A stretch of DNA of 64,000 nucleotides from Mobula hypostoma (Eukaryota): contig NC_086106.1 in assembly GCF_963921235.1 (NCBI RefSeq), forward strand, positions 23,250,001-23,314,000, in the 5' to 3' direction. Position numbers and translations under genes: made by a program. The notes beneath the pieces are model-generated. The model was not told where the DNA came from and made no database searches. It saw only the letters and a list, made by a program, of their open reading frames with translations. This document shows, in pieces, positions 36,125-50,499 of this stretch. Numbering within the stretch: position 1 is the stretch's first letter; each line of letters starts with the position of its first letter.

Positions 36125-36815
36125 CAGTACAGGGGAAGCAGTGTACATAGCTTCATGGAGTCTTGCTGAACACCTACGCTCTGTCCGCCAGAGAAAGCAG
36201 GATTTCCTAGTGGCCACACATTTTAATTCCACATCCCTTTCCTATTCTAACATCTCTATCTACGGCCTCCTCTACTGTAAAGATAAAGTTATACTCAGAT
36301 CTCAGGAACAACACCTTATATTCCGTCTGGGTAGCCTCCAACCTGATGGCATGAGCATTGACTTCTCTAACTTCCGCTGATGCCCCACCTCCCCCTCGTA
36401 CCCTTTCGTTATTTATTTTTATACACACATTCTTTCTCTCACTCTCCTTTTTCTCCCTCTGTCCCTCTGACTATACCACTTGTCCATCCTCTGGGTCCCC
36501 CTCCCCCCCGCCCTTTTCTTTCTCCCCGGGCCTCCTGCCCCATAATCCTCTCATATCCCCTTTGCCAATCACCTGTCCAGCTCTTGGCTCCACCCCTCCC
36601 CTTTCTGTCTTCTCCTATCATTTTGGATCTCCCCCTCCCCCTCCCACTTTCATATCTCTTACTAACTGTTCCGTCAGTTAGTACTGAAGAAGGGTCTCGG
36701 CCTGAAACGTGGACTGTACCTCTTCCTAGAGATACTGCCTGGCCTGCTGCGCTGACCAGCAACTTCGATGTGTGTTGATTGAATTTCCAGCATCTTCAGA
36801 ATTCCTGTTCTTCCT
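36125..36815 (+). mobile_element. Penelope-like element 3' fragment (GIY-YIG endonuclease C-terminus plus pseudo-LTR)
   Basis: LAEHLRSVRQ..LVATHFNS...LRSQEQHLIFRLGSLQPDGMSIDFSNFR*; CT-rich UTR; hammerhead-like motif at 36680-36715. Confidence 0.85.
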
Positions 36816-39019
36816 GGATATGACGCCGTCTATTTTATACTTTCGTCAAATAGTCAACCTCGTTTACCGTAGCAACATGCGAGCTGCTTGGTGCTGTCTC
36901 TAACTCAGCAGAAATCCAAAACTTAACCAGTTTTTTTCTCGTTCCTTGAAGTGACAATATAGTCGCATCATCTTTTTTGACATATGCATATTATAAAAGA
37001 GATATGAAAACCAGAAACGATGCTGTGAGGGATGCATTCCGCAAACGTGCACAATTCGTTTTAAACACCGGCACATTAAACAAATGAATTATGGACTTAG
37101 ATCTGTCAATGATATTTGCCTTTTAAATCAAATTTGCTCTTATTATTGACTTCTTACTTTAAAAAGTCCCTCACGGTTCCCCGCAGTGATTGCACAGAAA
37201 TGACTCCACAATTTACGATGAAAGGAATATAGCAATGTACACAAAACGTTGAAGCAAGTAAACAGGCCATGCAGCATGAAGAAATAGATATTGAAAGCTA
37301 TGCAATTTTGAGAGTATACTTCATGAATGTGTTGGAACGTTTTGGTTTCAACACAGAAGAAAATCTTTCAATTTCCAAGGGAGGTACTAACAAGGCAGAA
37401 GGGACAGAGACCAGTTGCAGAGGTCGTGCTACTTCTACCGAGAGACTGATGGAGAGAATAAAGTTCAATACCATGTTCATAGTGACCTCACAATGGACAG
37501 ACGGGGAGTGTGTTTCTCTTGAGGCAGATGCTTAGCTTTGTTCGGTTTCCGCTTTAAATAATTTGTTTGTAACTCTTTTCTAGTTAAAGTTAAAGATAAA
37601 ATTCAATGACAATGGTATCTCGCGGCATGTGCTGGCGGCACCTCCAGCTTCGCTGCGTCTTGGGGGTAACTTCCTGTTCGGAGAAGGTGAAAAGTTGGGG
37701 CCGTGCGTGCAGCATCAACGCAAAGATGTTTTCAATTTATTCGAAGAAAACTTCCAATACTGGCAACACTAAATATAAAAGGAAATAGGCCAATTCAATA
37801 TCATGAAAAACATTGAATTGAATATGTATTTAATCCAATCAAACACAATCACACACCATAGTCTTAAAGAGACACAATATAATTGGAATTGTATGTACGC
37901 CATCGAAAATATAAAACAGTTAATAAAGTTGTGTGATATTAATATATTATGAAACACAGGGATTAACGCCGTAATCTCATTTTTGAAAGACAATGAAGTT
38001 CATGACGCTTGCAATTAAGTGTTCTGGGCTTGATGTCGCATTATATAGACTTCTCCTTTCCGACCGAAAGAGGTTTCTGGAGCAGAATAGAACCACAGAA
38101 ACGACATGTTTTCCAGCCTAAGAACAACTAACACAATCTATTTTAAAAGATGCAAATCAGTACTCTGTTGTATCAAACTGATCTTCACTGCAATTATGTT
38201 GAACTGAGTATTCATTAAAATAAATTATGCATTCATCAAAGGTTCTAAGTTGGACGCCGAAGCAGAAAGCCACGCAAGAGACATGCTAACCTTGTTTTGC
38301 ACTTTTACTTTGCCATTGCATAGCGCTGCCTTCCAGCGCTACTGATGCTGTATAAAACTGTACCGAGTATTAGCTGCTCTGAATTCACTGGTGAACACGG
38401 AGAATTTGGTAATAGACTGCCACTCTGTCAACTTAAACGGACTGTTTCATCCAATGCTTTGAAGTGGGTTTCAAGTGGGAATCTTCTGTGATTTTTGTTT
38501 TCAATCATACTGCCGTGCATGAAGAGTTTGCTGATAAACGATGGGGGTACGACTTGTGAGCACAGTGGGTGCATTTTTTGTAAAGGATAGCATTGTTAAT
38601 AAGAAAGTTGGTTCCGCTAACAACAGTTAACATTGTTCTCAGAGAATTACTGTATTTACAAAAGAGTAGTTCGTTCTCAAAACAACCCATTCGTTACCTT
38701 CCAGCTCTTTCCTCACGTGATCTCTAAGAAGCCGAGATGCAGTAAAGAACACTTATGTCGCGTTAGTTTTATTCCAGCACAAGATATAAAATCAGGGAAG
38801 ACACGTAGCTGCAAAAGTAGGGCACTCGCCTTTAATAACGCAGTAAGGTTTACTCCAGCCCCTGTGTTCTTTAGCGCCCATTAAAAATATCCGGCTGCGC
38901 AGATTAATGAAGACTCTGTTCCGAACAAAGGACTATGTTAGGATAGTGTTCTGGTGGTATGGATCTATCAAAGTTGCCAGGGCAAAGAGAAGTACCTGCT
39001 CATCGACCAGATCAGAACA

Positions 39020-40200
39020 TATACAAGAAATAGGAGCAGCAGTAAGCCACATGGCCCATCAAGCCTGCCCCACTATTCAATAAGATCATGGCCTTGGACT
39101 CATCTCCACCTACTCGTTTCCACCCATAGCCCATAGTTCTCCTACTACGCAGAAAAAAAAAGATCCAACTTTGCCTTAGTTATATTTACTCAGCCAGTCT
39201 CCAGTGCTTCATTGGGCGAAGAATTCCACAAAACCTCCACGCTTTGGGAAAAGCAGTATCTCCTCATCATGGTACTAAATATGCTCCCGCGATGCTTGAG
39301 GCTATGATCCTAGCTCTAGTCACACATACTAGTGGAAATAACATTCCTCACTCTCTTTCGTCTGTCTCTTTCATAATGTTATATATTTTCGTAACATCTC
39401 CTTTCATTCTGCTGTATTCCAACATGCACAGGTACAGACCACTATATTTTTCTTCAAATTCTAAGCATCACCTCTGTAGAAACAGCCTAGCGTCTTTTTG
39501 ATTGGCTGCTGCACCTGAAAACTAACCCATTTGCGATTCATGCACAAGCACTCCCGTTCTTCTGCACAACCGCATGCTGCATGATTTTTAACTTTAAAAA
39601 AAAAATCTGCACTTCCAATTTACTTCAAATGTAAATAACTTTGTATTTACCAACATTGAGCCCTATCTGCCGGACCCTTGCCCATGCATTAAACCGATCT
39701 ACATTTCGTGGAAGACTCTTCGTGTCTCTTGCACAATTTGCTTTTCGACTCAATTTAGTGCCATCAGCAACCTTAGAATCACTATAGTCGGTCCTTTTTT
39801 TCCCAGATTGATAATGCATATCATGAAGAGTTGCGGGCCCAGCACCAATCCCTGCGACACACCAGTTACCATTGATTTCCAACCAGAGTATAACCCAAGA
39901 ATCCAACATGCTTTCTATTAGTTAACCACTCCACTTTCTGTGTTCATACATTATCCTGCCTCTATGCACCCTTACTCATGGATGCGTCTTTATGTGGCAC
40001 CTATCAGGCCGTTTTCTGGAAATCCAAGAAAATAACGTCCACCTTTTCCCTTCTATCCACCACGCTCCTCATATCTTCAATAATCCCCAATAAGTTTGTC
40101 GAAAAGAATCTGCATTTGTTGGATCATTGCCGCGTCTGTCTGATGGATCTGCTTATTTCCGCATCTCCATTTCTTCAATGATAGCTCAAGCATTTTTCAG
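39020..40200 (-). mobile_element. Old CR1 fragments shared by both duplication units
   Basis: CR1 3'UTR start ACAAGAAATAGGAGCAGCAGTA and RT remnants; paralogue at ~55740-57420. Confidence 0.65.
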
Positions 40201-40499
40201 AAGCACCGATGTGTTTTGATAGCTGCTATGAAGCCATCAGAACTGGTGTTTGATTGTAGTATGAGCAGCTGTTGGATATCCCAAGTCGTGTGAGCAGTGA
40301 CGCAACGGATACAAAACTGGAAGACTACTGATTTTGGCTATTGTCACCTGTCTTGTCAAGACACTACCCAGAAGTACAACATAACAAACTCGTTATTTTA
40401 AAAAAAACAAGAACAATCAGGGAAGAAATCATGACCGCCCGCATCAGACGAAACGACACATTGTGATGTCAATGATGGTCATGTTAATTCAGCTGTCTG

Positions 40500-41320
40500 T
40501 TTATCTCAACGTTAGTCACAGTAATAGTCATATTTTATTGATCGCGGGGAAATTTGGTTTTCGTTACAGTTGCACCATAAATAATTAAATAGTAATAAAA
40601 TCATAAATAGTTAAATAATAATATGTGAATTATGCCAATACATACTGGCTCACGGTGTCTGACCCTCTAAGGGATGAACTGTAAAGTTTGATGGCCACAA
40701 GCAGGATAGACTTCCTATGACGGTCTGTGTTACATCTCGGTGGAATGAATCTCTGGCTGAATGTACTTCTGTGCCCAACCAGTATATTATGTACTGGATG
40801 GGAGACATTGTCCAAGATTACATGCAATTTGGACATCATCCTCTTTTCAGACACCACCGTCAGAGAGTCCAGTTTCATCCCCACAACATCATTAGCCTTA
40901 CGAATGAGTTTGTTGATTCTGTTGGTGTCTGCTACCCTCAGCCTGCTGCCCCAGCACACACCAGCAAACATGATCGACCTGGCCAACACAGACTCGTTGA
41001 ACATCCTTAGCATTATCCGGCAGATGTTAAAGGACCTCAGTCTCCTTAGGAAATAGAGACGGCTCTAACCCTTCTGTAGACATCCTCAGTGTTCTTTGAC
41101 TAGTCCAGTTTATTGTTAATTCGTATCCCCAGGTATTTATAATCCTCCACCTTGTTCACACTGACCCCCAGGATGGAAACAGGGGTCACCGGTACCTTAG
41201 CTCTCCTCAGGTCTACCACCAGCTCCATAGACTTTTCTTTTCACATTAAGCTGCAGATAATTCTGCTCTCACCATGTCACAAGTTTCCTACCGGAGCCCT
41301 GTACTCGGCCTCAGTACCAT
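40500..41320 (-). mobile_element. Rex1/Babar-type LINE 3' fragment
   Basis: LRMFNESVLARSIMFAGVCWGS..NKLIRKA..LDSLTVVSEKR..DNVSHPVH..RCNTDRHRKS..AIKLY. Confidence 0.75.
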
Positions 41321-41843
41321 CTCTGCTGAAGATACACATCGGCAGAGTATAGCTGGATTTCACAATGTTTGTTTCTCGTAAACGATACTGTGTTTTCACG
41401 TGTGCCATGTGGACATGTTTGTCCTATAGAGCAATTATGTCCTGCATTTCGGTATAAATTTATGAGACTCGGTAACATCTGTGTCAAGGAAAACAGTGTC
41501 ATCTCTAACACAATAACCCGGACGCTTTTCTAGAGGTGCTACTTGACCTGAAAACATCTTCCGTGACATTACTTCTCTTATTACAGACAGAAATGACGTG
41601 GAATGTGCATAAAATAGGAAAGAAAGATAAACAATGATGATCTTGATTGACCAATTACCGGTCAACGTGCAACCAAAACAACCAATCACTTTGCTTCTCT
41701 CCCTGTCTGTCTCTCTCTTTCTCGAAGAAGCAAGCATGAGTATCTGATGAATGGTATACTTCGATCTCATTTCTGTTCATCAGTCAGAACAGCAACATCA
41801 ACACATCCCACCGTTGCTTGTCGTACTTGACACAGCAGACAAC

Positions 41844-42284
41844 ATGTGGGCAATCCGATTTTGGGCACTAATACTTATGCCTGCACTACCCGGTATGTTC
41901 AGTTTATAATATTCGTGCGCTTTCTCTGGGATATGCCTCCCTTGGGAAATGTTCATACGTTTCTTATTTTCTTCCAGGCGCGAGTGATGAATATTTGGTA
42001 ATCCAGGATCCGGCAGTAATTGCGGTTCAGGAAGGTGAAAGCGTGCTGCTGAACTGCAGCTACCCTGCAACAGATGCCAGCACGCTGTTCTGGTACATGC
42101 AATATCCTGGACAATCTCTAAGGTATTTATTGAAGAGATACGCAACAGGGAATGGTGGAGAGCGATCGCCTGATTGCCCAGACAGGTTTTCAGCTGCAGT
42201 AGACAAAGGAAGTGCGACGGTTCCTTTCAGAATATCTGCTGCTCGTATCTCTGACTCTGCCGTATTTTTCTGTGCCATGATGCC
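41844..42284 (+). CDS. TRAV: T-cell receptor alpha-like V segment, copy 2 (leader 41844-41892, V exon 41978-42284), apparently functional
   Basis: Identical leader and splice sites to copy 1; CDR1 ATDASTL, CDR2 region KRYATGNGGERS; Cys, Trp and Cys intact. Confidence 0.9.
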
Positions 42285-42323
42285 CACGTTACTGCCGAGC
42301 TATAGAACGCCACTACAAAAACC
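42285..42323 (+). other. 23-bp RSS, heptamer CACGTTA
   Basis: Identical to 2936-2974. Confidence 0.9.
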
Positions 42324-45300
42324 GTTTGTAAAATTTACAATTTGCAGACTTCAGGGGGCAGCATACAGATAATGTTGGCTCTGCGGCACATTTTGCAGGA
42401 TGATACAGACTGAAACAATCACCTCAGTGGAAATTCATCGTGTGTTTACGGTAAGACATAGCAGCATCTCGAGCTGCTTACCTGATTGTGTAGAAGCCCT
42501 GGACAATATTTTAATTGATTAAAATGCGTTTCACTTGAGTGATGAAGTTATAGCGATACCATACCCTACAGTGGGAGTTTACATTTTGTCTTCTAATGTT
42601 TACGCACATGCTACAGTCACAATTCGAATAACTGGCTAACAGAATTGTCACGATATTTAGCCATAGCTCCCAGTTCCTCTGAACGGCGAAGTTTCCATAG
42701 TCTTGGGAGCACATTTCGGAAATAGAGACATTTCTCTCAGTCACGGTTGCAACTCTTGTCTGATGCTTTCGTTTGCCTCAATGCCTTTTTTTTTTTCGCT
42801 CTCATGAATGGTTCACAAAAAGTCGATTCCCTATGTGCAATGACGGCATTAATGGATCCATTGCGCCGTTTAGCTCTGCTGTTTTAACTTATTGTGTGCA
42901 CCAATATATCCTCGCTTATGAAGTCTGACAAAGAACACTATTGTTAACTATCTTAGGATGAAACTATTTGGTCCTCCATTCAAGGAAGGGAGCTCAGAAA
43001 TAATACTTAAATACAAACGAATATGTCAGTGCAGTTCCAGCAGCGAAGTCCGCTGATGCATGTTTTGCATCTCCGAACAGTCCATACCAATCTGGAGGAA
43101 ATTTGGCCCATGAGATTTCACATTATTGTATTTAACCTATGCATTTTCAGCAAAATTGGATTTGTTTCCCTCGAAGAGGAGAAGGTGCAAACGGAATTGA
43201 GAAATTTGCACAATCTGTTTGAGGCTGCTGAAACTTCTATCATTTTAATATTGGTTATGCTTAACCTTCCCAACCAGACTACGGAAATATTTGAGCGGCT
43301 GGAACAACTTATTTTGGAAATTCTTTCGTTCAGAGCATAAATATACTGTTTCTGCAGGAACTCAGTTTCTTGCAAAATAAACCCCTTCCCTTCAAATACG
43401 GGAAATGGCTAAACACATATCTTCTCCTATTCCTTATTATTTTGATATTACCAAATTTCGGTACCAGTGATGCCCAAAATAAATGAATCTGCTGGACATT
43501 GCAATGATTAAATTAAAGACTGCCCGTGTTTCCACTTCTTCTGAATCTTTGTCATTTCCATGAAGCTCCTGAGGATCAGATTCGCTACTACAATGGATCT
43601 GGATGTTGGCAAAAAAACAGCAAGGTTTGACAGCACAAAACCACGAAGATTAGTTACAGTTCAATCCAAAGACAATACAGCATGAAGACGCTGCGTCAGA
43701 TCATCGTGATTTAGCCTCTACAAACACACTGAATGCGACACATATACTGAAAATAAGACATGCTTACTGATACTCCTCATACAATGAACATTGAGTCCCG
43801 CGGGTCCATCGAACGGAGGGTTCAGTGGGTACTGTTTCCACAATGCAGTGTCTCATGAATATTGCGTATAATTCTTGGAACAGCCTACAATAGTACAGCA
43901 ATATTTTAAAATATATTCAATTGACGATGTTTCCTCATAAACAACGGTTTGGAAATATGCACGCTAAGGAAACTAAGAGGAACAGTGGTTTCCCAAAATC
44001 AAAAAAAAAAGAAAAACTGCCGAAATATTTTGTAATAGGTTTAGAAGCGGAGATTGTACTCGAAAGACCCTTCATCTTCTGCACAGATTTTATTCTATTT
44101 GCATCTGTCTCCACTATTAACAAAATCCCCTTTACTGCAAACAGCTTGTGAACAACAATCTTATTTTGTAATAAATTAAGGTAATGGAGACTTTATGAAA
44201 ATTAATAACATCAGAGATCGGATTCATTCGGCCACAGTCGCAGCCTGCCCAGTTACTCTCGGTAATACTGATCTGACAATGACACAACCGAGACGTCCAG
44301 CGGTTCAGGCAGCGTCTATGAAAATGAATAAAGTTTTGACGCTTCGGACTGAGATGCTGTATCACGGATAGGAAGGAAGCGGAAGGAAACCCAGAATAAC
44401 ATGGTGGGGACTGGGACAATTACAAGTTGGAAGGTAAAAGGAGAAGCCAGGTGACGGGCTAAGTTCCCTGATAGGGAACGGAATGTGAAGTGATAATATG
44501 GGAAAGTATAGATGGAACATATATATGGCTGTAAAAGAAGAAATCTGATCGTTGAGATGAGAGCATCATTGGAAAATGGGAAGGAGGTGTATGAGACGGA
44601 TATGGTAGGCAGAAGGCGTAAGAAGGGAGACAGAATGCGAACTGAAAAACGAGAGAATGAGTGGAAAACAAATATTGGACGTTGCAGAAAATGATATCTA
44701 TTGCTTCCCGTTTGAAGATACACGAACGGAACAGAAGGAATTGGACACATTTTGGTGAATAATATAAGGACATATTCCTCCCAACATCGGCCAAAGTAGC
44801 AGAGGAGGCTTGTTAGCTTTTAGTTCCCTCTGGTATAATGTATGAACGAGAAATCTTCAAATTTGTACACGAATAACTCCAACTGTTTTGAACAGTAAAT
44901 AACCTTCCGAAGCATGGACAAAACAAACGATTTACTTTCCGATATATTAAGAAACTTGAAGCATTATGTCAAAGAGTGTGTGTGTTCTTTTTTTTTCTTT
45001 GCATTCCAGTTCACTATGTTACAGTCATTAAACATACAGCTCCATTTATTCTGATGAAAGGCGATTAGAGACTTCAAAATCTCTTCTTAGCATTCAACTC
45101 GTCCCTTGTTTCCCAATGTTATCGTCTAGGGGCGGCAGCTGATGCGCTCTACTTTCTGCGTTTTGAGGTTCATGGTGATATCAAGCATAGAGAGAGAAAA
45201 AAAAAAACACGTCGACCAGAAGCAGGAACACTTGTGGATCTGTGCTTGCATCGCTGATGCCAGATGTTACCCATTGTTTCAGTTTTTATCGATATCCTGA

Positions 45301-47116
45301 ATGTCGAATATAAAGTTACTATCCTTCAATGAAGTATACTCTGTACATCGCCTCTCACTCAACCTAACCGTCCCGAGATCTGCCTCTGCACAATCTGTCC
45401 CTAAATTATTCGGTGGTGCCCTCTACTGTTGTGTGCAAAACACTGGTCCCTGTACACTGTGTGGTTGTGCGGCTTCTCAGTAACTAATTTACCCTCGCGC
45501 ACATAACTTTCTTGCCAAAGAACTGACATTTTATTTCATATAACATCAACATAATTTTCAAGTTGTGCCAATTGAAATTAGAAATCTATGCTAATATAAT
45601 TTAGATACATAGTGGATTGATTGTGTAATGTATATAAAACATAAATACTGGAAAAAATTAAACTTTCAGACATTTTGTAGATTCAGTATTTTTAAATTGA
45701 CAATGTTTCAAGTTAAAAACACTGTTGCAATTTTTTAAGAACAATCAAAGAGTGGAAATGGATAGCTGATTGATAATAAATCGCCAGCCCGCTGAACACA
45801 CATGCTGTCTAGTTAACTATATTCGTTTTTTTCATTGCGCCTATCAGTGTTTGATATCGTTTACTTATGTTATGATATGTTGTTTGTGTTTGTTCGATAT
45901 GAAAAATATCCATATTCTGACTATTTTGTGTATTTCTATTAAAAACATCAAATTATAATTGTATTTTTTTCTTAAAAAACTTTCAACTAGTGATTATATT
46001 TTCTTTCCCTTCTCAAATGATAACGTGTGTATCTTTTTTTTCATATTGAGGACGTCGATATAAAAAAGAATGTCCAAATTAAACTCGAAATGAGTGAGAA
46101 GCAAGAGAAAAGCTCGTTGCCTGATTATAGTATTTGTCTCTGAAAATGTAAAATTGGAAAACAATTGCAATACTTTCACTATTTAAGTTATTCCTTCTGT
46201 GCATGCTGTATAACGAAAGTGGCCAAATGTGTAATTATACCAGAGAGTTGGTGTGGAGAGAACTGTGATTTGGAACTGAGCTTCAGACACAAAAAAAAAA
46301 TGAAGAAATGAGGGAAATCTACTTTCCATGCACAAATTGCAAATGACGTAAAACAAATTTGTACAGAGAATTTTAACATTGGACTTTAAAATTCGACTGG
46401 AAATGAACAGAACAATGAATCAGTGTTTGTGAGATCTTTGAAGCAATCCGCACTTGCCAGCATGACAATAGTTGAAGCGGGAAAATATAAATACCAGCAA
46501 TTAACTTGATATTTAAAAAAAATGATTATATTTACGTAAGATAGAGCAAATGTAATATTTGTACTTGAAAACTTGATGGTGCTGCAGTCCTTTGCCAAGA
46601 AATAAAGCATCTGTCTGCTCTATATTAGGTTGTCCACAGATAAGGAAATGCATAGAAAAAAAAAAGCAAATACAACAACCTCTATGCAGTACATCAGAAC
46701 ATTGCAAAGAAAAGTACATACAATGTTCAGTTGGTAGTCTGTAAAAGATAGAAAAGCTAGAATACTTAACTCATGCAACATTATGTAATGTGATGTTAGT
46801 TCGAGCACGAAACAAAGTGATAAGACTGTCAGAACATTTTCCGGTTACTGCATTATTAAGGAATTACGAAGTAGAACCAGTGTTACAAAGCGCAGGTTAA
46901 ACAATGTAAAGATACATTCACCAGGTATTCTCTGAAGGCTCTGACCGATGCACAATATCGAGTTGCTTCAAATCACCTAAACGATATTTACAAAACTAGG
47001 TCTTCAGGTTAAGAATGCACACGGATATTCTGGAAACGAGAGACTGAATTCTTGCCAATGAGTTACACAGTACACAACCATAAGGATCATAAATTATAGA
47101 TCCATTTATTTCAGAA

Positions 47117-49697
47117 TGTAAGACCATAAGACCATAAGACCATAAGACAAAGGAGCAGAAGTAGGCCATTCGGCCCATCGAGTCTGCTCCGCCATTTTAT
47201 CTTGAGCTGTACCCTCTCCAACGTCAGCACATCCCTTCTTAAATAAGGAGACCAAAACTGCCAACAGTACTCCAAGTGAGGTCTCACCAGCGCCTTATAG
47301 AGCCTCAACATCACATCCCTGCTCCTAGACCCTATTCCTCTGGAAATGAATACCAACATTGCATTCGCCTTCTTCACTACTGACTCAAGCTGGAGGTTAA
47401 CTTTAAGGGTATCCTGTACGAGGACTCCCAAGTCCCGTTGCATCTCAGAACGTTGAATTCTTTCCCTATTTAAATGATAGTCTGCCCGTTTATTTTTTTT
47501 CTGCCAAAGTTCATAACCATACAGTTTCCAACATTGTACTTCATTTGCCACTTCTCTGCCCATTCTTCCAATCTATCCAAGTCTCTCTGCAGACTCTCCG
47601 TTTCCTCAGCACTACCGGCCCCTCCACCTATCTTCGTATCGTCAACAAACTTAGCCACAAAGCCATCTATTCCATAATCTAAATCGTTGATGTACAATGT
47701 AAAAAGAAGCGACCCCAACACTGATCCCTGCGGAACACCAATGGTAACCAGCAGCCAACCAGAATAGGATCCCTTTATTCCCACTCTCTGTTTCCTGCCA
47801 ATCAGCCAACGCTCTATCCAGGTATGTAACTTTCCCGTAATTCCATGGGCTCTTATCTTGTTTAGCAGCCTCATGTGTGACACCTTGTTAAAGGCCTTCT
47901 GCAAATCCAAATATAGAATATCCACTGCATCTATCTTGTCTAGCCTACTGGTAATTTCCTCAAAATATCGTAATAGGTTTGTCAGGCAGGATTTTCCGTT
48001 AAGGAATCCATGCTGAGTTCTGCCTATCTAGTCATATGCCTCCAGGTACTCTGTAACCTCATCTTTGACAATCGACTCCAACAACTTCCCAACCACGGAT
48101 GTCAAGCCAACAGGTCTATAATTTCCGTTTTGCCTCCTTGCCCACTTCTTAAATAGCGGAGTGACATTGGCAATCTTCCAGTCCTCCGGAACCATGCCAG
48201 AATCTATCGACCTTTGAGAGATAATCGCTAATGCCTCCGCAATCTCCACACCTACTTCTTTCATATCACCAGGGTGCACTCCATCTGGTCCAGGAGATTT
48301 ATCTACCTTTAGCTTATTCACCTTCCTAAGTACTTTCTCTGTCGTAATTGTGACTGCGCAAACTTCTCTTCCCTGCCACCCTTGAGTGTCCGGTAAACTG
48401 CTGTCTTCCTCACTGAATACTGATGCAAAATACTTGTTCAGTTCCTCTGCCATCTCCTCATCTCCCATTACAATTTCTCCAGCATAATTTTCTATCGGTC
48501 CTATATCTACTCTCACCTGTCTTTTACTCTTAATATACTTGAAAAAAGCTTTTAGTATCCTCTTCGATATTATTTGCTAGCTTCCTTTCATAGTTAATCT
48601 TTTCTCTCTTAATAACCTTCTTTGTTTCCTTTTGTTAGGTTTTAAAAACTTCTCAATCCTCTCTCATCCCACTAATTTTTGCTTCCTTGTATGCCCTCTC
48701 TTTTGCTTTAACTTTGGCTTTGACTTCTCTTGTCAACCACGGTTGCATCCTTTTTCCACTCGAGAATGTCTTCTTCTTTTGGAATATACCTGCCTTGCAC
48801 ATTCCTCATTTCTCGCATAAACTCCAGCCACTGCTGCTCTGCTGTCTTCCCCGCCAGTGTCTCTTTCCAGTCAACTTTGGCCAGCTCCTCTCTCATGCCA
48901 CTGTAATTTCCTTTACTCCACTGAAATACCGACACATCAGATTTCGGCTTCTCTTTTTCTAATTTCACAGTGAACTCAATTATGTTAATTTCACTGCCTC
49001 CTAAGGGTTCCTTCAGCTCAATCTCTCCAATCACCTCCGGTTCATTACAAAATGCCCAATCCAGTACAGCCGATCCCCTAGTGGGCTCAACAACAAGCTG
49101 TTCTAAAAAGCCATCTCGCAGACATTCTACAAATTTTCTCTCTTGAGATCCAGTGCTGACCTGGTTTTCCCAATCTACTCGTATGTTAAAATCCACCACA
49201 ATTATCACAACACTGTCCTTCTGACAAACCTTTTCTATTCCCAGTTGTAATGTGTAGTCCACATCCCTGCAGCTGTTTGGAGGCCTATAAATAACTGCCA
49301 TCAGGGTCCTTTTCCCCCTGCTATTTCTTAGCTCAACCCATAAAGATTCTACACCTTCCGATCGTATATCGCCTCTTTCTAATGATTTAATATCATTTTT
49401 ACCAATAAAGCCACGCCTCCCCCTCTGCCTACCTTCCTATCCTTCCGATACACCGTGTATCCTTGGACGTTCAGCTCCCAGAGATATGCATCCTTTAGCC
49501 AGGTCTCAGTGATGGCCACAATATCATACCTGCTAGTCTGTAGCTGTACAAGAAGATCATCCACCTTATTCCTTATGCTGCGTGCATTTAAGTACAACAC
49601 TTTACCAGTATTTGACACTTTTTGCTTTGATTTCAATGCAACTTTATTGCACTGCAACTCATCCCAATGGCTACAAATTTGCCCCATCACTTGCCTG
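47117..49697 (-). mobile_element. CR1 LINE ORF2 (endonuclease plus RT) with stops and internal deletions
   Basis: (CATAAGAC)n tail at ~47121-47148; [65 protein letters not shown]. Confidence 0.92.
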
Positions 49698-50499
49698 TGC
49701 TGCAGGCTAATTTTTCGCAGACTGAGCGGTGGGGTGATTCCAATCAAACGGATCTCTCAGCAGTTGGGTGCACAAACTTCCGTCTCGTGAAGATTTTCTC
49801 CATTTCCATACCTCTGCATTACTGTCAGCTAACCATCTGCAACAAAGGTCTTCTTGAAATAAGTTATAGTACTTAGTACTCACTAAGTGGAAGCAGACCT
49901 CAGAAGATATCATATATATTTTATAAAATTCGATTATTATTTCGAATTCGATTTCCTTTCTTCTTTTGCTTTAATGGTCACACCAGTTGAACTATGTGAT
50001 TCGCAAACATAATGTTGTTGATCATGGAATTCAACCTCACGTATCTCGCGCCGCAATGTGAAGATTGGCTCCCTAAACGAGTATTATAATTACCCTAGGC
50101 TGCTTGATTTAAACACCAATTGTAGTATTTTCTGTTGTTCGAAGGTCAATGAGTTAGGAAGATCATCATCTTCGAGGTAGTGTGTATTTAAGAGCAAAGG
50201 AATGCAGATTCGATGCTCAACTTCAAATTATCAACATGGAATTAACTTTTTATAAAGTTAAGAACTTGTTCTCGATGTTCGTCAATGTCTTTCTTCAAGG
50301 AAATTGAAAAATATTTTTCTCCGCACTTTATCTTGGTGTTACACTTCCTCCAGCCTTTAAAGTTTGCGTAGATGCCAGTCTTTATTATTTGCTTGGCTGC
50401 TCGGCTAAGAAAGTGGGATTTTATTTCAGTAGCGTACATAATGGGGACTTTAGGATATTAAATAAAAAAGTTTTATTTCATCCATATGTTTCAATATAT

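Larger units (their letters stand above)
36956..47120 (+). repeat. Tandem segmental duplication unit A (paralogous to 52947-64000)
   Basis: Colinear from ATATAGTCGCATCATCT onward at offset ~15991, rising to 17219 at the V gene; interrupted on the right by a CR1. Confidence 0.93.

Noticed and set aside
45301-45483. ORF with GALYCCV and a nearby CACTGTG
   Set aside because: No V framework and no nonamer at a valid spacing; copy 3 does not keep the heptamer-like CACTGGT.
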